A DNA stretch of 50,305 nucleotides, filler included, from Jimgerdemannia flammicorona (lineage: Eukaryota): the NCBI GenBank assembly GCA_003990765.1. It is 2 parts of 2 records of this genome, joined end to end, with 100 filler letters (N's around TTAATTAATTAA, not from the genome) between each part and the next. Parts side by side here need not be neighbours in the genome. Positions count along the whole stretch, not along the records: positions 1 to 25,103 come from RBNJ01000882.1; 1 more part is not named here. The stretch is one strand, 5' to 3'. Position 1 is the stretch's first letter, and each line of letters begins with the position of its first letter. A program made the position numbers and the translations under genes. The notes beneath the pieces are model-generated. The model had not been told where the DNA came from. It made no database searches and saw only the letters and a program-made list of their open reading frames with translations. Shown one piece after another: positions 11,721 to 23,729 of this stretch.

Positions 11721-12960
11721 CTAAGTAATCTTTACAATATTTACACATTTGAACCTTTTTGGATTAGCCACAGAATTCCCAATCATCAGACAATTGCTCC
11801 CAAGCAAGAGCTGGTGCAGGCACCTACACCCAACTGTTCATACTTATTCCTAAGGATACATGCCTAATCAATAGCCACACCCGCATCGCCATTATTTAAT
11901 TCGCGCCGGCAATGTTGACAAAACACGCATAAAAAAAAACACATATATATATATATATTAGAAGGATATGTGAGAGTACCCTGCACCCAAGTCTAGGCAC
12001 GGGAGCCTCTCCATGTTATGTTTACACGATGGCGGCTTGGACATAAACGACCATTTTGGGCGTCGACTTCCATTTCGGCATTTGGACCAGACAATCCAAG
12101 TTTGCTCCAACACCGTGAACATTGGACCCTTCGCTATGCAAAGGCTCTATAGGATAGTAACTATATAATAGTCTTATAGCTCTATAGAACAAAGACTGTA
12201 TAATATTCATTTAATGAAAGTAGTATATATTCTATATCACTATATCAAATTTAGATCACTTAAAACAACAATAGAAACTCAGTTTTACACACTCATAGGC
12301 AATTGCATAACATCAACACAAGGGGTTCATAAGGTGATTTTACGTGTCTACTTCTATGGCACATTCGCTTGATTGGTACTGTTGTAGGTATTTATGACTA
12401 AGGACCATTGTAGTTGTCCAATTCGTGTGGCGCGCCAGAACGCTCACAGTTTTAATTGGATGGCGATCTGAAAGACGTCACCACCAATGAGATGGCGCAA
12501 AAAATCGGACACCCGATAAATATCTCGAACGCCTTGGGGTAGGTTGAACTCTCATTAAGATAAGTATATATTTTTTTGTCAAGCATAAATAGTGGGCTGC
12601 ATTCTGTCCAAGTGGGAAGCGGCCAAAGGGCTTGCTTGACTGAATATTGGTTCTTCACTTCGAGCACTATTTTACACTTGACCGAAGTACTCACATTCTT
12701 TGGGCCGCCAGTGGCTCTGCAATGGAGCTCTCCAGTGAGAGCTTACTTGCACCCACGGTAGGTCTTGGTTGCTTTTACAGCCAACTGATGAGCCCCTTAA
12801 GCAAGGGCGAAACTCGCCGTTTCCGACTAGATTCCGACTGGGTCGTTGCCAACCGTTTTGTAATAAATACATATATTTTAGAAATAAAATTATTTAAAAG
12901 AATAAAGCGATCTTTAAAATGTGCCGGTCTGGACTGCCTTTTCCAAGCCCACTGTTTCGT

Positions 12961-13181
12961 GTCAACATCCTTTGACTCCACGCGTTCGCGTCAACATTCT
13001 TCGAGTCCACACGCTTGCGTCAACATTCGTCGAGTTCACGCGTTTGCGTCAACATTCTTCGAGCCCACGCGTTCGTGTCAACATTCTTCGAGTTCTCGCG
13101 TTCGCGTCAACATCCTTCGAGTTCTCGCGTTCGCGTCAACATCCTTCGAGTTCTCGCGTTCGCGTCAACATCCTTCGAGTC
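12961..13181. repeat. 29-bp minisatellite, about 7.5 copies (GTCAACATYCTTCGAGTTCWCGCGTTCGC)
   Basis: Head-to-tail units without unique spacers. Confidence 0.92.
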
Positions 13182-13730
13182 CCGGGTGGAGGAGGGCAAT
13201 GACATTATAACTGCGCAGTCCAACCATCCTTATCTTCGTCCTCAGATTGTTTGTGGGATTTTATTATAATGGAAATGTAGAGACCGCCTGGCTGCAAATT
13301 TGCCACTCACCCCCTGCCTACCAGGTCGCCTAAGGATTCATCACATTCCAGGCTTCACGACTCTTTCGGTAGGCCTGGTGCAGCCTTTGTTTTCCTGCAT
13401 CTTGAACTCTCTCAGCGCCGGGCAGCTATCTTATTTCAAAATAAGTCTGAAAATATTTAAAGCTACTCAACGTTCTTTGGCCTTGCTTTTTCCAATGCTC
13501 ACAATCTGCTTTTTCGGAAAATTTGTCACTGTTGTCACTTTTATTCAGAAGACTTCAAGATACACCATTCGCATAGAAGGAACCTTTGAAATATACAAGA
13601 AAGCATTCACAATAACACTTGAAAGAGATGAACAGATTATGCTATTTGTAAAATAGAGGAAGCACACGGACGTGATATGATTTGTGCTGGGAAAGAACAC
13701 TATGCGGGGCCCTTTGGGTGTGCGAACAAT

Positions 13731-14690
13731 CTAGTCAAGCTCGATCGAGAATCCCTCCACCGATTCCAACGTTGCCAAAGTCAGGCACGCGGTCCCATAA
13801 TGGCTCGCAATGAACTTCCCAAGAATACTACGCGCCTGCCTCATGCATTCCGTGTGCGTCATATTGTCGCCAAACTTTAGAATGTTTTGAAGCCCTACCG
13901 AAAAAATTGAAGTGGGCTCCCGTAGCTTCTGCACAAATGCATCGAGATCCGCATTCCTATTATAGCAGCTACTGCAGATATAGGAAAGCGTGGGGAAGCT
14001 GCTTTTTGTCACTCCCTCAGATAGCTCGAGACGCGCTTGAAATAGCTTACGTCGCGTGCGATCGCTCAGATAGCCGAACTCAGGATGCTCCTTATAGGCG
14101 CAGACGTTATCGATAATGTGCGTAGACGACTGCTTGAATATCTTGGGGAAATTGTACGTCTCCGCCAAACGCAGAGACGTTAGCGGCTTCTCGCTATAGC
14201 TAGACATGAGGAAATCCGCCGCGGTTTGCAGGGCTTTGTTTATCAGGTACTTGTCGGCCAGACGTAGGATGTCATTCACGTTGTCCCAGGTGATAACGAT
14301 GTGTTCGATTGGGTAGATGAAGGCAATGAGTAAGGCGATATCGTCCTCCTCCTCGTTGTCAATGAAGGCGTGATGTTTGCAATATTTGAGGTCCATTGCG
14401 ATGGATGTCAGTTCCGAATCTTCGTTCTTGTCTTTCTCTATTAAAAGCCGTCTTGACTCTGAGCTCCAGGTTGGGCTGAACCTTGTGTTAAAGTACGCAG
14501 AAGCCAGCCTCAAGACGGTGCTGTGAACCTTGAAGATGGTTGATAGGCAAACGAGGGCCACGTCTCCGTCTCCGTTGCCTCCGTTGTCTCCGTTGTTTCT
14601 GTCTCTGTCGTCGTAGTTTGATGGGCAAATGAGAGCCACGTCTCCGTCGTCGTAGTAGTGGGTATTGCTGCGTTTGTATGCTATGGTCAT
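13731..14690 (-). CDS. BTB/POZ-domain protein (intronless, copy 2)
   Basis: MTIAYKRSNTHYYDDGDVAL aligns with copy 1 MAIAYRRSNIHYYDDGDVAL, which places the start at 14690; colinear to FSIELD. Confidence 0.85.
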   Translation of the reverse strand: MTIAYKRSNTHYYDDGDVALICPSNYDDRDRNNGDNGGNGDGDVALVCLSTIFKVHSTVLRLASAYFNTRFSPTWSSESRRLLIEKDKNEDSELTSIAMDLKYCKHHAFIDNEEEDDIALLIAFIYPIEHIVITWDNVNDILRLADKYLINKALQTAADFLMSSYSEKPLTSLRLAETYNFPKIFKQSSTHIIDNVCAYKEHPEFGYLSDRTRRKLFQARLELSEGVTKSSFPTLSYICSSCYNRNADLDAFVQKLREPTSIFSVGLQNILKFGDNMTHTECMRQARSILGKFIASHYGTACLTLATLESVEGFSIELD

Positions 14691-14918
14691 GGGGAAGTGC
14701 GGGGAAAATGGCTTGGCAGAGATTGGCAACAGCTTTGGTGGTTGCAATGTTTTTTAATATTTTTAATTGCGAGCAGCATCTGTCAGTATGACGAAATGAC
14801 GAAATGCACTACATGTGATTTGGTCAATCCACGAGTCTTTTGGTCTTGTTGCCATCACCTCCACAACCACAATCATTAATTAACGTTACAACACACGTTT
14901 TATTCTTGTCATCTCCTC

Positions 14919-15607
14919 CTACCCCTGTATAACGACTTCCTCCCCCGTTCCCTTGCTGGGCCCCGCCACCTCCTCCCCCTCTTCCATCGCCTCCTCATCC
15001 TCCTCCTCCGCCATCGTGCCTAAAAAGAAATCTACAATCTTCTCGTGGTCGCCCTGCTGCGCCTCGGAGATGGGGGTCCGACCCGCGGCGTTCTTGATCT
15101 GGTGTGCCGGTTGAAAACCATGAGAGGCGAAACATGAATCCTCTTTGACTGCCCAACGAGCCACTGTGTACTCGTCTCACCTTACAATCCGCTCCGCGCT
15201 TCACTAACGCTTCCACGACCTCCAAATGCCCGTTCAGCGCCGCCCAGTGCAGCGGAGTGTTTCCCTGTTCGTTCCGCGTGTTGATGTGTTCCGCTGTGGG
15301 GACGTCCGAGAGCGTCGCCAGCGTTGCGAGGAGGTATTCAACCGTCTCTGCAAGCGCGAGAGACGTAGGAATGTTCGGTAAGGACGCGAAGTAGGATAAT
15401 TAATTCATTTCGGAAGAGGACGCGATTACCTAGGTGCCCGTTCGCGCTCGCCATGTGCAGCGCCGTATTGCCGAATTCGTCCTTGGCAGCAAGGAAGTGC
15501 GGCGGGTGCGACGAGGACCGGAGGTCGTCCAAGTCACCGTGGCGTGCGGACTGGATGATGTCGTCGATGGTGTCTTCGGTTGGATGGGAGAGGGTGGGGC
15601 TGGGCAT
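14919..15607 (-). CDS. YAR1: Ankyrin-repeat protein, Yar1-like (Rps3 chaperone), 3 exons
   Basis: DDIIQSARHGDLDDL, GNTALHMASANGHL, NEQGNTPLHWAALNGHLEVV, acidic C-terminus. Confidence 0.82.
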
Positions 15608-15953
15608 GATGTAAAATGAAAAGTCCCCTTCTAATTAGTATAGAAGGGTTTTATTCTCTAAGTGACTGTCAAATTGTCTTTGTTTTCGGCCAAGCCACAC
15701 AGTAGATTACACAATCATCACCTTTTTAATGAACGCCTGTGCCATATAAACCACTCTCAATAAATGCACTGACCCCAATTGCGCTGGCGTAAATGCTAGG
15801 GAGATCTTCCGTAGTTTGCATGTTTGTGATAGACATTCGCATAATAGGTTAAGCCACTACCGATGCGGCTTAATTCACGTGAGACTCCCAAGAAAGGAAA
15901 AGAAAAAAAGAACAGAGAATAGCAGTCACTTAAAAGCCTCTCGCACGGAAACC

Positions 15954-18900
15954 ATGGGCAAGAGCAGAGCGCGCTTCAACGAGAAGGCACGGGCTTCGTC
16001 GCGCAAGGCGACACAGAAGCCTCACGCACGAGCGCGCGACGGAGGAATTGGGGCGGCGTCGAAAAATGCCAAGGAGAAACATCAAAAGGCTCTCATTGTA
16101 GACAGGTGAGAAGGCGGAACAAAGTCCTTGAGGGGTGGGAAGAGAGGGAGGTGGGGTTCGCTTTGCTTTGCATAAATAGCAACCTCACCGACTGGATTGG
16201 GTATTGATGTCCGCTCTAGCGAACTTGACAGTGCCGATCCGAACGCTCTCGTCATGGTTCCAGCGCAGAGAGAGGAGCCGGTTGCACCTGCGTTTGAGGT
16301 AGACCTCTATTCTTCTCCACTGCCTTTTGTTTGAACCATGATAATGCATATCAACCAATTCGTCCCTCGCACCAACATGTCAATTACCTAAAATGTTGCA
16401 CCTTTCAGTGGCCCGCAAATAAAATGACGAGCAAGAAGAAAAAGCGTCTCGAGAAGTATATCGTATGTTTGTTACTGTAAATGCCTTGGATTGGTTCAGC
16501 GAAACGGTATGTTTTAATATGAATTAATGAATTTGGCTACATCGTCTCTGTCCAGGCTGCTAAATTGAAGAAGGAAGAACGAGTGGTGTTGATGGAAAAA
16601 CTGTCGTATGTATTTGCGATGGTGTGGGAAACAATAGGGCTCTGTTCTTTTCCTGTGAAAATGTCAGGTCATCGATTTTTTTTAAAAATCTTCGTGATCG
16701 CCGACGTCCGATTCACTCCTCTCACCACAATAGTATGTCCTCATGGTCATCCGACCTCATGAAGTCGTCCAAAACCCTGGGTAGACCGGTAAGCAAGTGT
16801 GCTCTTTTCTTTATTTCCTATCTCAAACATTGATCTGATTAATTCTGAAATCCCTCCTCTCTCTTCTTTCCCGTCCACCTCAACCTCCAGAAAGAGACTA
16901 ACCGTGAGCGCCTCCGCCGGGCCCTGGGCGAGCGCCGCGCGGGCCTCCCGATCTCTGACCCAAGCGTGCGGCTCTTCGTCTCGGAGCGCGACGCCGGCGA
17001 TGTGGATGTCGACGACGAGGAAGCCGCGGCGATGTTTGAGGAGATGGCGAAGAAGTCGGCGGAGGCGGTGGGGGCGAAGGCGCAGGCCAAGACGAAGAGA
17101 AAGAAGAAGAGGGGGAAGAGAGGCGAAAAGGAAAGGGAGGCGCAGGATGTGGAAATGGAGGAGGGGGGGAGTGAAGAGACGGATGCAGATGTGAGTGGGG
17201 ATGATGAGAATGGGAATGGGAATGGGAATAGGACGGTTGTGTCAGAACAGATGACAGTGGCAACGCCACCGGCGCCGATCACTGTTGGTGGGGCATTGAA
17301 ACAGCCGGCTGATGGGATGCCGGTGCCGATTGTTGTTGGCGGGGCGTTGAAGCGAATGGCCGACGGGGCGCCGGTGCCGCTGGTGAAGAAGAAGAGGAAG
17401 AAGAAGAGGGTAAGTGTGCGGGGATGTTGATTACATGTACCAAGGGTTTACATTGACCTTCCGGGTGGGGATACACATTAGTGTAATTACATTGGCGTCT
17501 CCAACACCGCAATGCCTATCCACCTTAGTCTACCATCCCAGCTCAAGTTCGTAAACGCCACAAGCGCGGCGCTGCCACATCGGATGACTCTGACGCCGCC
17601 TCCGACTCTTCCTTCGATAGCTCGGATTCGGAGAATGACTCCGAATCCGAAAAGGAGGAGGTGATGGAGGAAAAGCAGGGCTCGACGGCGCTGGAGCAGG
17701 TGGTCGAGGCAGCCAAGCACATTACTGTCAGGCACGAGCCCAGACTAGACGAAGACGACGACGAGTTGAAAAGTGCCTTGTTGAGGGCAAATAGGGTTGG
17801 GGACGGGCTTGTCGATGGGGAGAGGAAGGTGAGTTTTGTGGGATATGAGGAGGGTCTTTTGGACGGCGTGTTTGGGTGTCGGTGCATTGCTCAGGTTTGG
17901 GTTGACGGCTTATACTAACATGATGCGTTTCTATCGCTTCCTACGCAGCCGTTCTACGTCACAGTCAAAAGGAAGCCCGGGATCCAGCAAGCGAGGATGC
18001 AGCTGCCGGTGTGCGCCGAGGAGCAGGTATTCCAATTCGTCCTGCCTATGAATTGGTTTTGTCTGGTTCTCCAATTTAAAACCTCCATTAATTTGTAAAT
18101 TCTTTACCCTTTCGCCGGTGTGCGTCATCAGACTATCATGGAGGCCATCAATAATAACGCCGTTGTTATCATCTGCGGTGAAACCGGGTCCGGGAAGACC
18201 ACACAAGTGCCACAGTTCTTATATGAGGCGGGGTATTCGCATCCGGACAGTGGTACGTGAGTTTCGCATCTTGACTGATATTTGTTTGGGCCTCTCATAT
18301 TTTCTCTTTGGCTCAAGCGACAATATTGCCTTTCCTCCGACGATTAGACAATCCCGGCCTGATCGGTATCACTCAACCTCGTCGTGTCGCTGCCGTCAGC
18401 ATGTCGAAGCGCGTGGCGATGGAGTTGGGGTTGACTGAGCACGAGGTGTCTTACCAGGTAGGCTCCACTTACAATTTGGACCTGTCTGACTTCCACATCT
18501 TTTTGTAGTTTCTAATCCTCTTACCCCCTTCCACCAGATCCGATACGACGCGACTGTCTCGCCCAAGACGCGCGTCAAGTTCATGACGGATGGCGTCCTG
18601 CTTCGCGAGCTCGCCCAGGACTTTCTGCTCACAAAGTACTCGGCTATTGTTATCGATGAGGCGCACGAGCGAAGCCTTAATACTGATATCCTTATTGGGG
18701 TTGTTAGCCGCGTGTTAAGGCTTAGGGCTGAGCTGAGCAAGGAGGATCAGGAAAAGGTTAAGGTGAATGATGATGACAATGGTGATACATTTTGGTTGAT
18801 TGGTTGGGAAGTGGTAGAGATTGATATACCTGAATTCATTTTCAGCCTCTCCGCGTCATCATTATGTCCGCTACCCTCCGTGTCAGCGACTTCACGCTCA

Positions 18901-21900
18901 ATAAGACCTTATTTGACAAGCCGCCCCCAGTCCTCAAGGTCGACGCCAGGCAATACCCAGTATGAGCTTTCTTAAAGATAAATAATGGCACTCCCCCCCG
19001 CGTGCATCGTGTCTTATGAGCTATACTCCTGATTAAACGCTCACCAGGTTTCGGTGCACTTCAACAAGCGCACGCCGGACATCGACCACGTCACCGAGGC
19101 TTTCAAGAAGATCCGAAAGATCCACACGCGGTTGCCGGCGGGAGGTGAGTGGGCGATCATACATTTTGTGTTTGTTCTAGTAGAGCTTGCGAGATCCGCA
19201 AAGGATAAAGCTCAAGTTGTATTTTGCATTGGCAGGCATCCTGGTTTTCCTCACGGGCCAGAACGAGATCAGCGTTCTCTGCAAAAAGCTCCGTAAGAAG
19301 TTCCCGCCGTTGTCGCCCAAGGCCTCGGCGAGACAGAGGGCGGTGGAGAAAGAGAAGGAAGCGCTGGAGGAGAAAAAAGAGGTGGTGACGGCGAAGAATG
19401 GTAAGTGGTTTGTTATGGGATGTATGAATTTTACACGCAGCGTTGGCATGTTCTGAGCAGGTTGGGGGATTGGTTGATTATGACTGATGCGTGCCTTGTA
19501 ACGTTTTATGTCGTGGTATAGCCGAGGTGGAGGCCGAGGATTTGGAGCTCGGTGAGGGCGAGATTGATAAGAACGTCGATTTGGAGGATTTTGATTTTGA
19601 TGAAGACACAGAGGATGAAGAGGGATTCACGGACGAGGAGGAAGAGCAAGAGCCTGACGGTATGTTATGTCCATCCAACTCGTTGCATTCTCCCTTCAAA
19701 CGCTCTTCTCAACCTTCCGATAGCATCCTGACCCCGAATCTCCCTTACATCTCTCCGCCCTTCAAGCCCCCCTCCACGTACTTCCTCTCTACTCCCTCCT
19801 CCCCACTGCCGCTCAGCTCCGGGTCTTCGATGATCCGCCTCCCGGGACACGCCTGTGCGTGGTCGCGACCAACGTCGCCGAGACTTCACTGACCATCCCC
19901 GGTGTGAAGTATGTCGTGGACTGTGGGAAGGTCAAAGAGGTTGGTTGGGATAGGGGGCTTGGGAGTGGGTGGGTTGGTTGTGATTTAGGGAGGGAGGATG
20001 TTTATTTTCGATAACTTCGGTGTTATGAGGTTGGTGGCCCTAACCCTTGTTGCGGTTGCTCGGTGATAGCGTCGGTACGATTCGACAACGGGCGTGCAGT
20101 CGTTTGAGATTGGGTGGACCTCTAAAGCTTCGGCGGATCAGGTAAATAGCTTATTCATGCGGATTTCACGTTCTCTTGCGCACCACCAAGAAATATCGCT
20201 CAATTCTCCTCTTTCACCTTTTTCTAGCGCGCAGGTCGTGCAGGCCGAACGGGTCCCGGCCACTGCTACCGCTTGTTCTCGTCGGCCGTCTTTGACAACG
20301 AGTTCGAGCAGTTCTCCACGCCCGAGATTAACCGCATGCCGATCGAAGGTACGCACTTCTGGTCATTTTTCAACGTTTGGTTCTCAGGTCAATCGGATCT
20401 TTGTGACTTTGTGCTGATATCGCATTTGCAATCTATTGATTGGTGCCGCAGGCGTTGTGCTCTCCATGAAGTCCATGAACATCGACACCGTCACCAACTT
20501 TCCGTTCCCGACACCGCCGGAACGGGAGCACATGGCTAAGGCGGAGCGAGTGAGTGATGTCATTTTTATTGTATAATTTTGAGGAATGGATTGCATGTTT
20601 GCAGTTCTAGCATTTCCGGTTTGACCTTTGCCCTCCTTCAACCTCACCCCTTTGCCACATCACACAGCTCTTGGCCTACCTCGGCGCCATAGACTCGGAT
20701 ACCAAGCGCGTCACAGAGCTAGGCCGCACTATGGCTATGTTCCCCCTTTCCCCACGGTTCTCCAAGATGTAAGCTTGAAATTTTTTTTCTTCCATTCATG
20801 TTTTTGCCCCAATTCTGCGATAACACTTCTTCTGCCTGCAGGCTCCTCATCGGCCAGCAGCACGACTGCCTCCCCTACGTGATCGCTATTGTCTCGGCCC
20901 TGTCCGTCGGCGATCCCTTCATCAAGGACTACCATCTAGATGACGCGCGGCCGGGCGACAGCGATGACGGTGGGAGCGACAACGAGGATGTCGCGAGGAG
21001 GGAGGTCAAGGAGATCAGGAGGGAGGAGGTTGCCGAGAAAGAGAGAAGGAAACTTGCGAGGAGGATGTATTATAAGGTGCAGACGGTAAGTTAAGAGCGG
21101 TGAGATCTCATAATCCGTACTTCATCGAAAAATGGGTTGTGAATCCGATGAATGGGCTGAACATGTATTTCTTATTCATTGTTGGGATCATAGAAACATG
21201 CAGGTTTGGATCCCACGAGCGATATTCTTAAGCTCCTGAACGTGGTTGGCGCATATGAGTTCGCCGGTGCGACCGAAAAATTCTGCGAGGACAACTTTCT
21301 CCGTCCCAAAGTATGCACCCCCATCACTCTATCACTCTCCTCGACCACCCTCAAATTCACTACACTACCTTCAACCCCCACAGGCCATGGACGAGATCCA
21401 CAAGCTCCGCGGCCAGCTTACCAACCTTATCACCACTAACCTCCCGGGCGTCGACGTCCTCGTCGACCCGCGCATGTGTCCCCCAACTCCGATTCAGCTT
21501 CGAGCCCTCCGCCAGATCCTTGCCGCTGGGTTCATCGACTCCGTCGCGTTGCGTGCCGATTTGGCAAGTGCTGGGGCAGCCGGCAAGGGACGGAAGTTTA
21601 AGTCAACACGCGGGGTCCCGTATCGCGTCATGTGGTCCGACGAGGACGCATATATACATCCAGGATCCGTGCTCTACCATGATAGCCCGCCGGAGATGGT
21701 TGTGTATCAGGAAGTGTTTAAGGCTAGTAGGGTTTGGTTGAAGGGTGAGTAGATATGTCTGTGTTGTATTCGAGAAAGGAGGTTTAAAATGGGTACGTGT
21801 TTTGAATATGGTGCTTTGCTGATTGTTTGGTGACATGTCTCTTCGTTTTGTTGCAGGTTTGACTGTCGTCGAATCCAAGTGGCTCGCCAAGATCGGCAAA

Positions 21901-22183
21901 AACCTATGCTCCTACGGTAAACCGCTGGACCATCCAGCACCAAAGTAAGTTCCAGCGCCTTCCCCAATCACGTTCGCTTCGTTTCGAGTGGGAAACTGCC
22001 GACGTGAGATTTGTAGCCTCCCGATCCTGATTCCCATCACCTACCCGCTTTAGGATGAACCACATGAAGGATCGCATCACATGCTACGTCGTGCCCGGGT
22101 TCGGACCTAAGGGGTGGCCGCTACCGCCGGTGCAGGTAGAGCAAAAGAGAGTGGGGACGCGGTGGGTGTTTGAGCGCAAGTGA
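15954..22183 (+). CDS. DHR1: DEAH-box RNA helicase Dhr1/Ecm16 (DHX37), many introns
   Basis: [14 protein letters not shown]-terminus; [88 protein letters not shown]-terminal [10 protein letters not shown]. Confidence 0.93.
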
Positions 22184-22476
22184 GCGGGTGAAGGGTTTTT
22201 GTGGGCGGGTATGGCCGGATTTTGTGTAGTAATGATATGAACCCATCGCATTGGCTTCGTAATGTGGAGACTTTTCTCGTTATTTTTCATGTGTTTGCAT
22301 CGCTCCTGTACAGTTTATTACTAGTTTTTTAATCTTATAGAAATAGGAAAATAGATATCGCATTTCAACTATTGTTGTTCTCTGAGCAAATGGTCTTTGC
22401 TCCCATGATGATGGCTTGCGATCGCCAGGCCACCACGAATACCGTAATTGTTACTCGATATCGCAGAGCACATCTC

Positions 22477-22871
22477 TCATTCGTTCCGCTTCGGCGTCAC
22501 GTCTTGAACGCCGGCAACCGTGTTCGGGAGCGGGACATCGCTGAAGTCGTCCTGTTTCACGGCCAGGATGGAGTACGCGTCTGTTGCGAGGTCAGCCAGA
22601 ACGGCACGAGAGTCAAGGAACTCACACATAGAGTATCGTATTTGCGTGAATCCTAATCACAGAAAGTTCATAGGACGCAATTTGTGCAACAAAAAAGGAT
22701 ACATACGCCGGCGGTAAAGCCAGCGAGGACGAGGAGGGTTGCGGCATTGCGCGCACGGTACGGCTTCCGAGTCCGTTGCAAAGCCGGGCTGAAGCCGTAG
22801 CCCTTGGGCTGGGTGTAGAGTTTCTCCCTGCTGCCGTAGCCCTTGTGCTGGGTATCTGCGTTCGCGCTCAT
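22477..22871 (-). CDS. COA3: Cytochrome c oxidase assembly factor 3-like, 2 exons
   Basis: SPALQRTRKPYRARNAATLLVLAGFTAGV|YAYSILAVKQDDFSDV, matching the Coa3 pattern; GT-AG intron about 22581-22702. Confidence 0.85.
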
Positions 22872-23027
22872 GATTCTGGTCGAGGTTGTGGAGGTGTAAG
22901 TTGTTTGGTTTTTGCACGTGATGCGAAACTTTTTTCTTCTTTTTTCCTTGGTGGCGCATTTGCATAAGAGGTGTTCTGTTGTCTACTTCTTCCCATTAAC
23001 ACTTCCCATTAACACTGTCCTTCAAAC

Positions 23028-23338
23028 ATGGTATCCTTCGTCTTGGATTCTTGCACCTTAATTTATTATCTTTGTCACGTTGCGTCTCACTTACCCAAAC
23101 GGCCCAATCTCCTCCCACCCTAGTCCACTCCCAACCCCAAAGCTTTCCCTCTGGCCGACTCCGACCTGACCAACACCATTATGGACCTGGTCCAGCAGGC
23201 GTCTCACTACAAGCAGCTGAAGAAGGGCGCTAACGAGGGTTGGTAGCCGTTCGCTTGCGTTCTATTTCTCGAGCATGTCAGTTTTCCGCGATCTAACTTG
23301 AACGCCTTTTTTCCTCAACCTCTTCCTCCCCCCCAAAA

Positions 23339-23371
<33 letters not shown>

Positions 23372-23729
23372 AGCCACCAAGACCCTCAACCGAGGTATCG
23401 CCGAGTTCATTGTTATGACAGCTGACACGGAGCCCATTGAGATTCTCTTGCACATTCCCTTGCTCTGCGAAGACAAGGTATGCCCGAACAATTCCCTAAA
23501 TTATCAGCGGAAAGCTTTTCCAACGTTTTTATTCTCAATATCTAATCTTTCCTCACCCGCTCTACCACAGAATGTTCCCTACGTCTTTGTTCCCAGCAAG
23601 ACGGCCCTTGGTCGTGCCTGCGGCGTCTCCCGCCCCGTCATCGCCGCCTCTGTGACAACGAACGAAGCCTCCGACCTCAAACCCCAGATTCTCGCGCTCA
23701 AGATCCAGATCGAGAAGCTGCTCATCTAA
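23028..23729 (+). CDS. SNU13: Snu13/15.5K K-turn-binding protein; first coding exon is ATG only
   Basis: ATG|gt, then [16 protein letters not shown]...[21 protein letters not shown]...[38 protein letters not shown]...IEKLLI*. Confidence 0.96.

Noticed and set aside
12961..13181. CRISPR-like array (29-bp repeats)
   Set aside because: Units are contiguous with no unique spacers, there are no cas genes, and the context is eukaryotic
12647..13269. Overlapping ORFs with RVRVNIL/ASTSFE repeats
   Set aside because: Artefacts of a stop-free 29-bp repeat (period not divisible by 3)
13300..13656. 118-aa ORF and a possible spliced remnant on the opposite strand
   Set aside because: Non-ATG start, no motif, stops in the alternative model; cannot be supported
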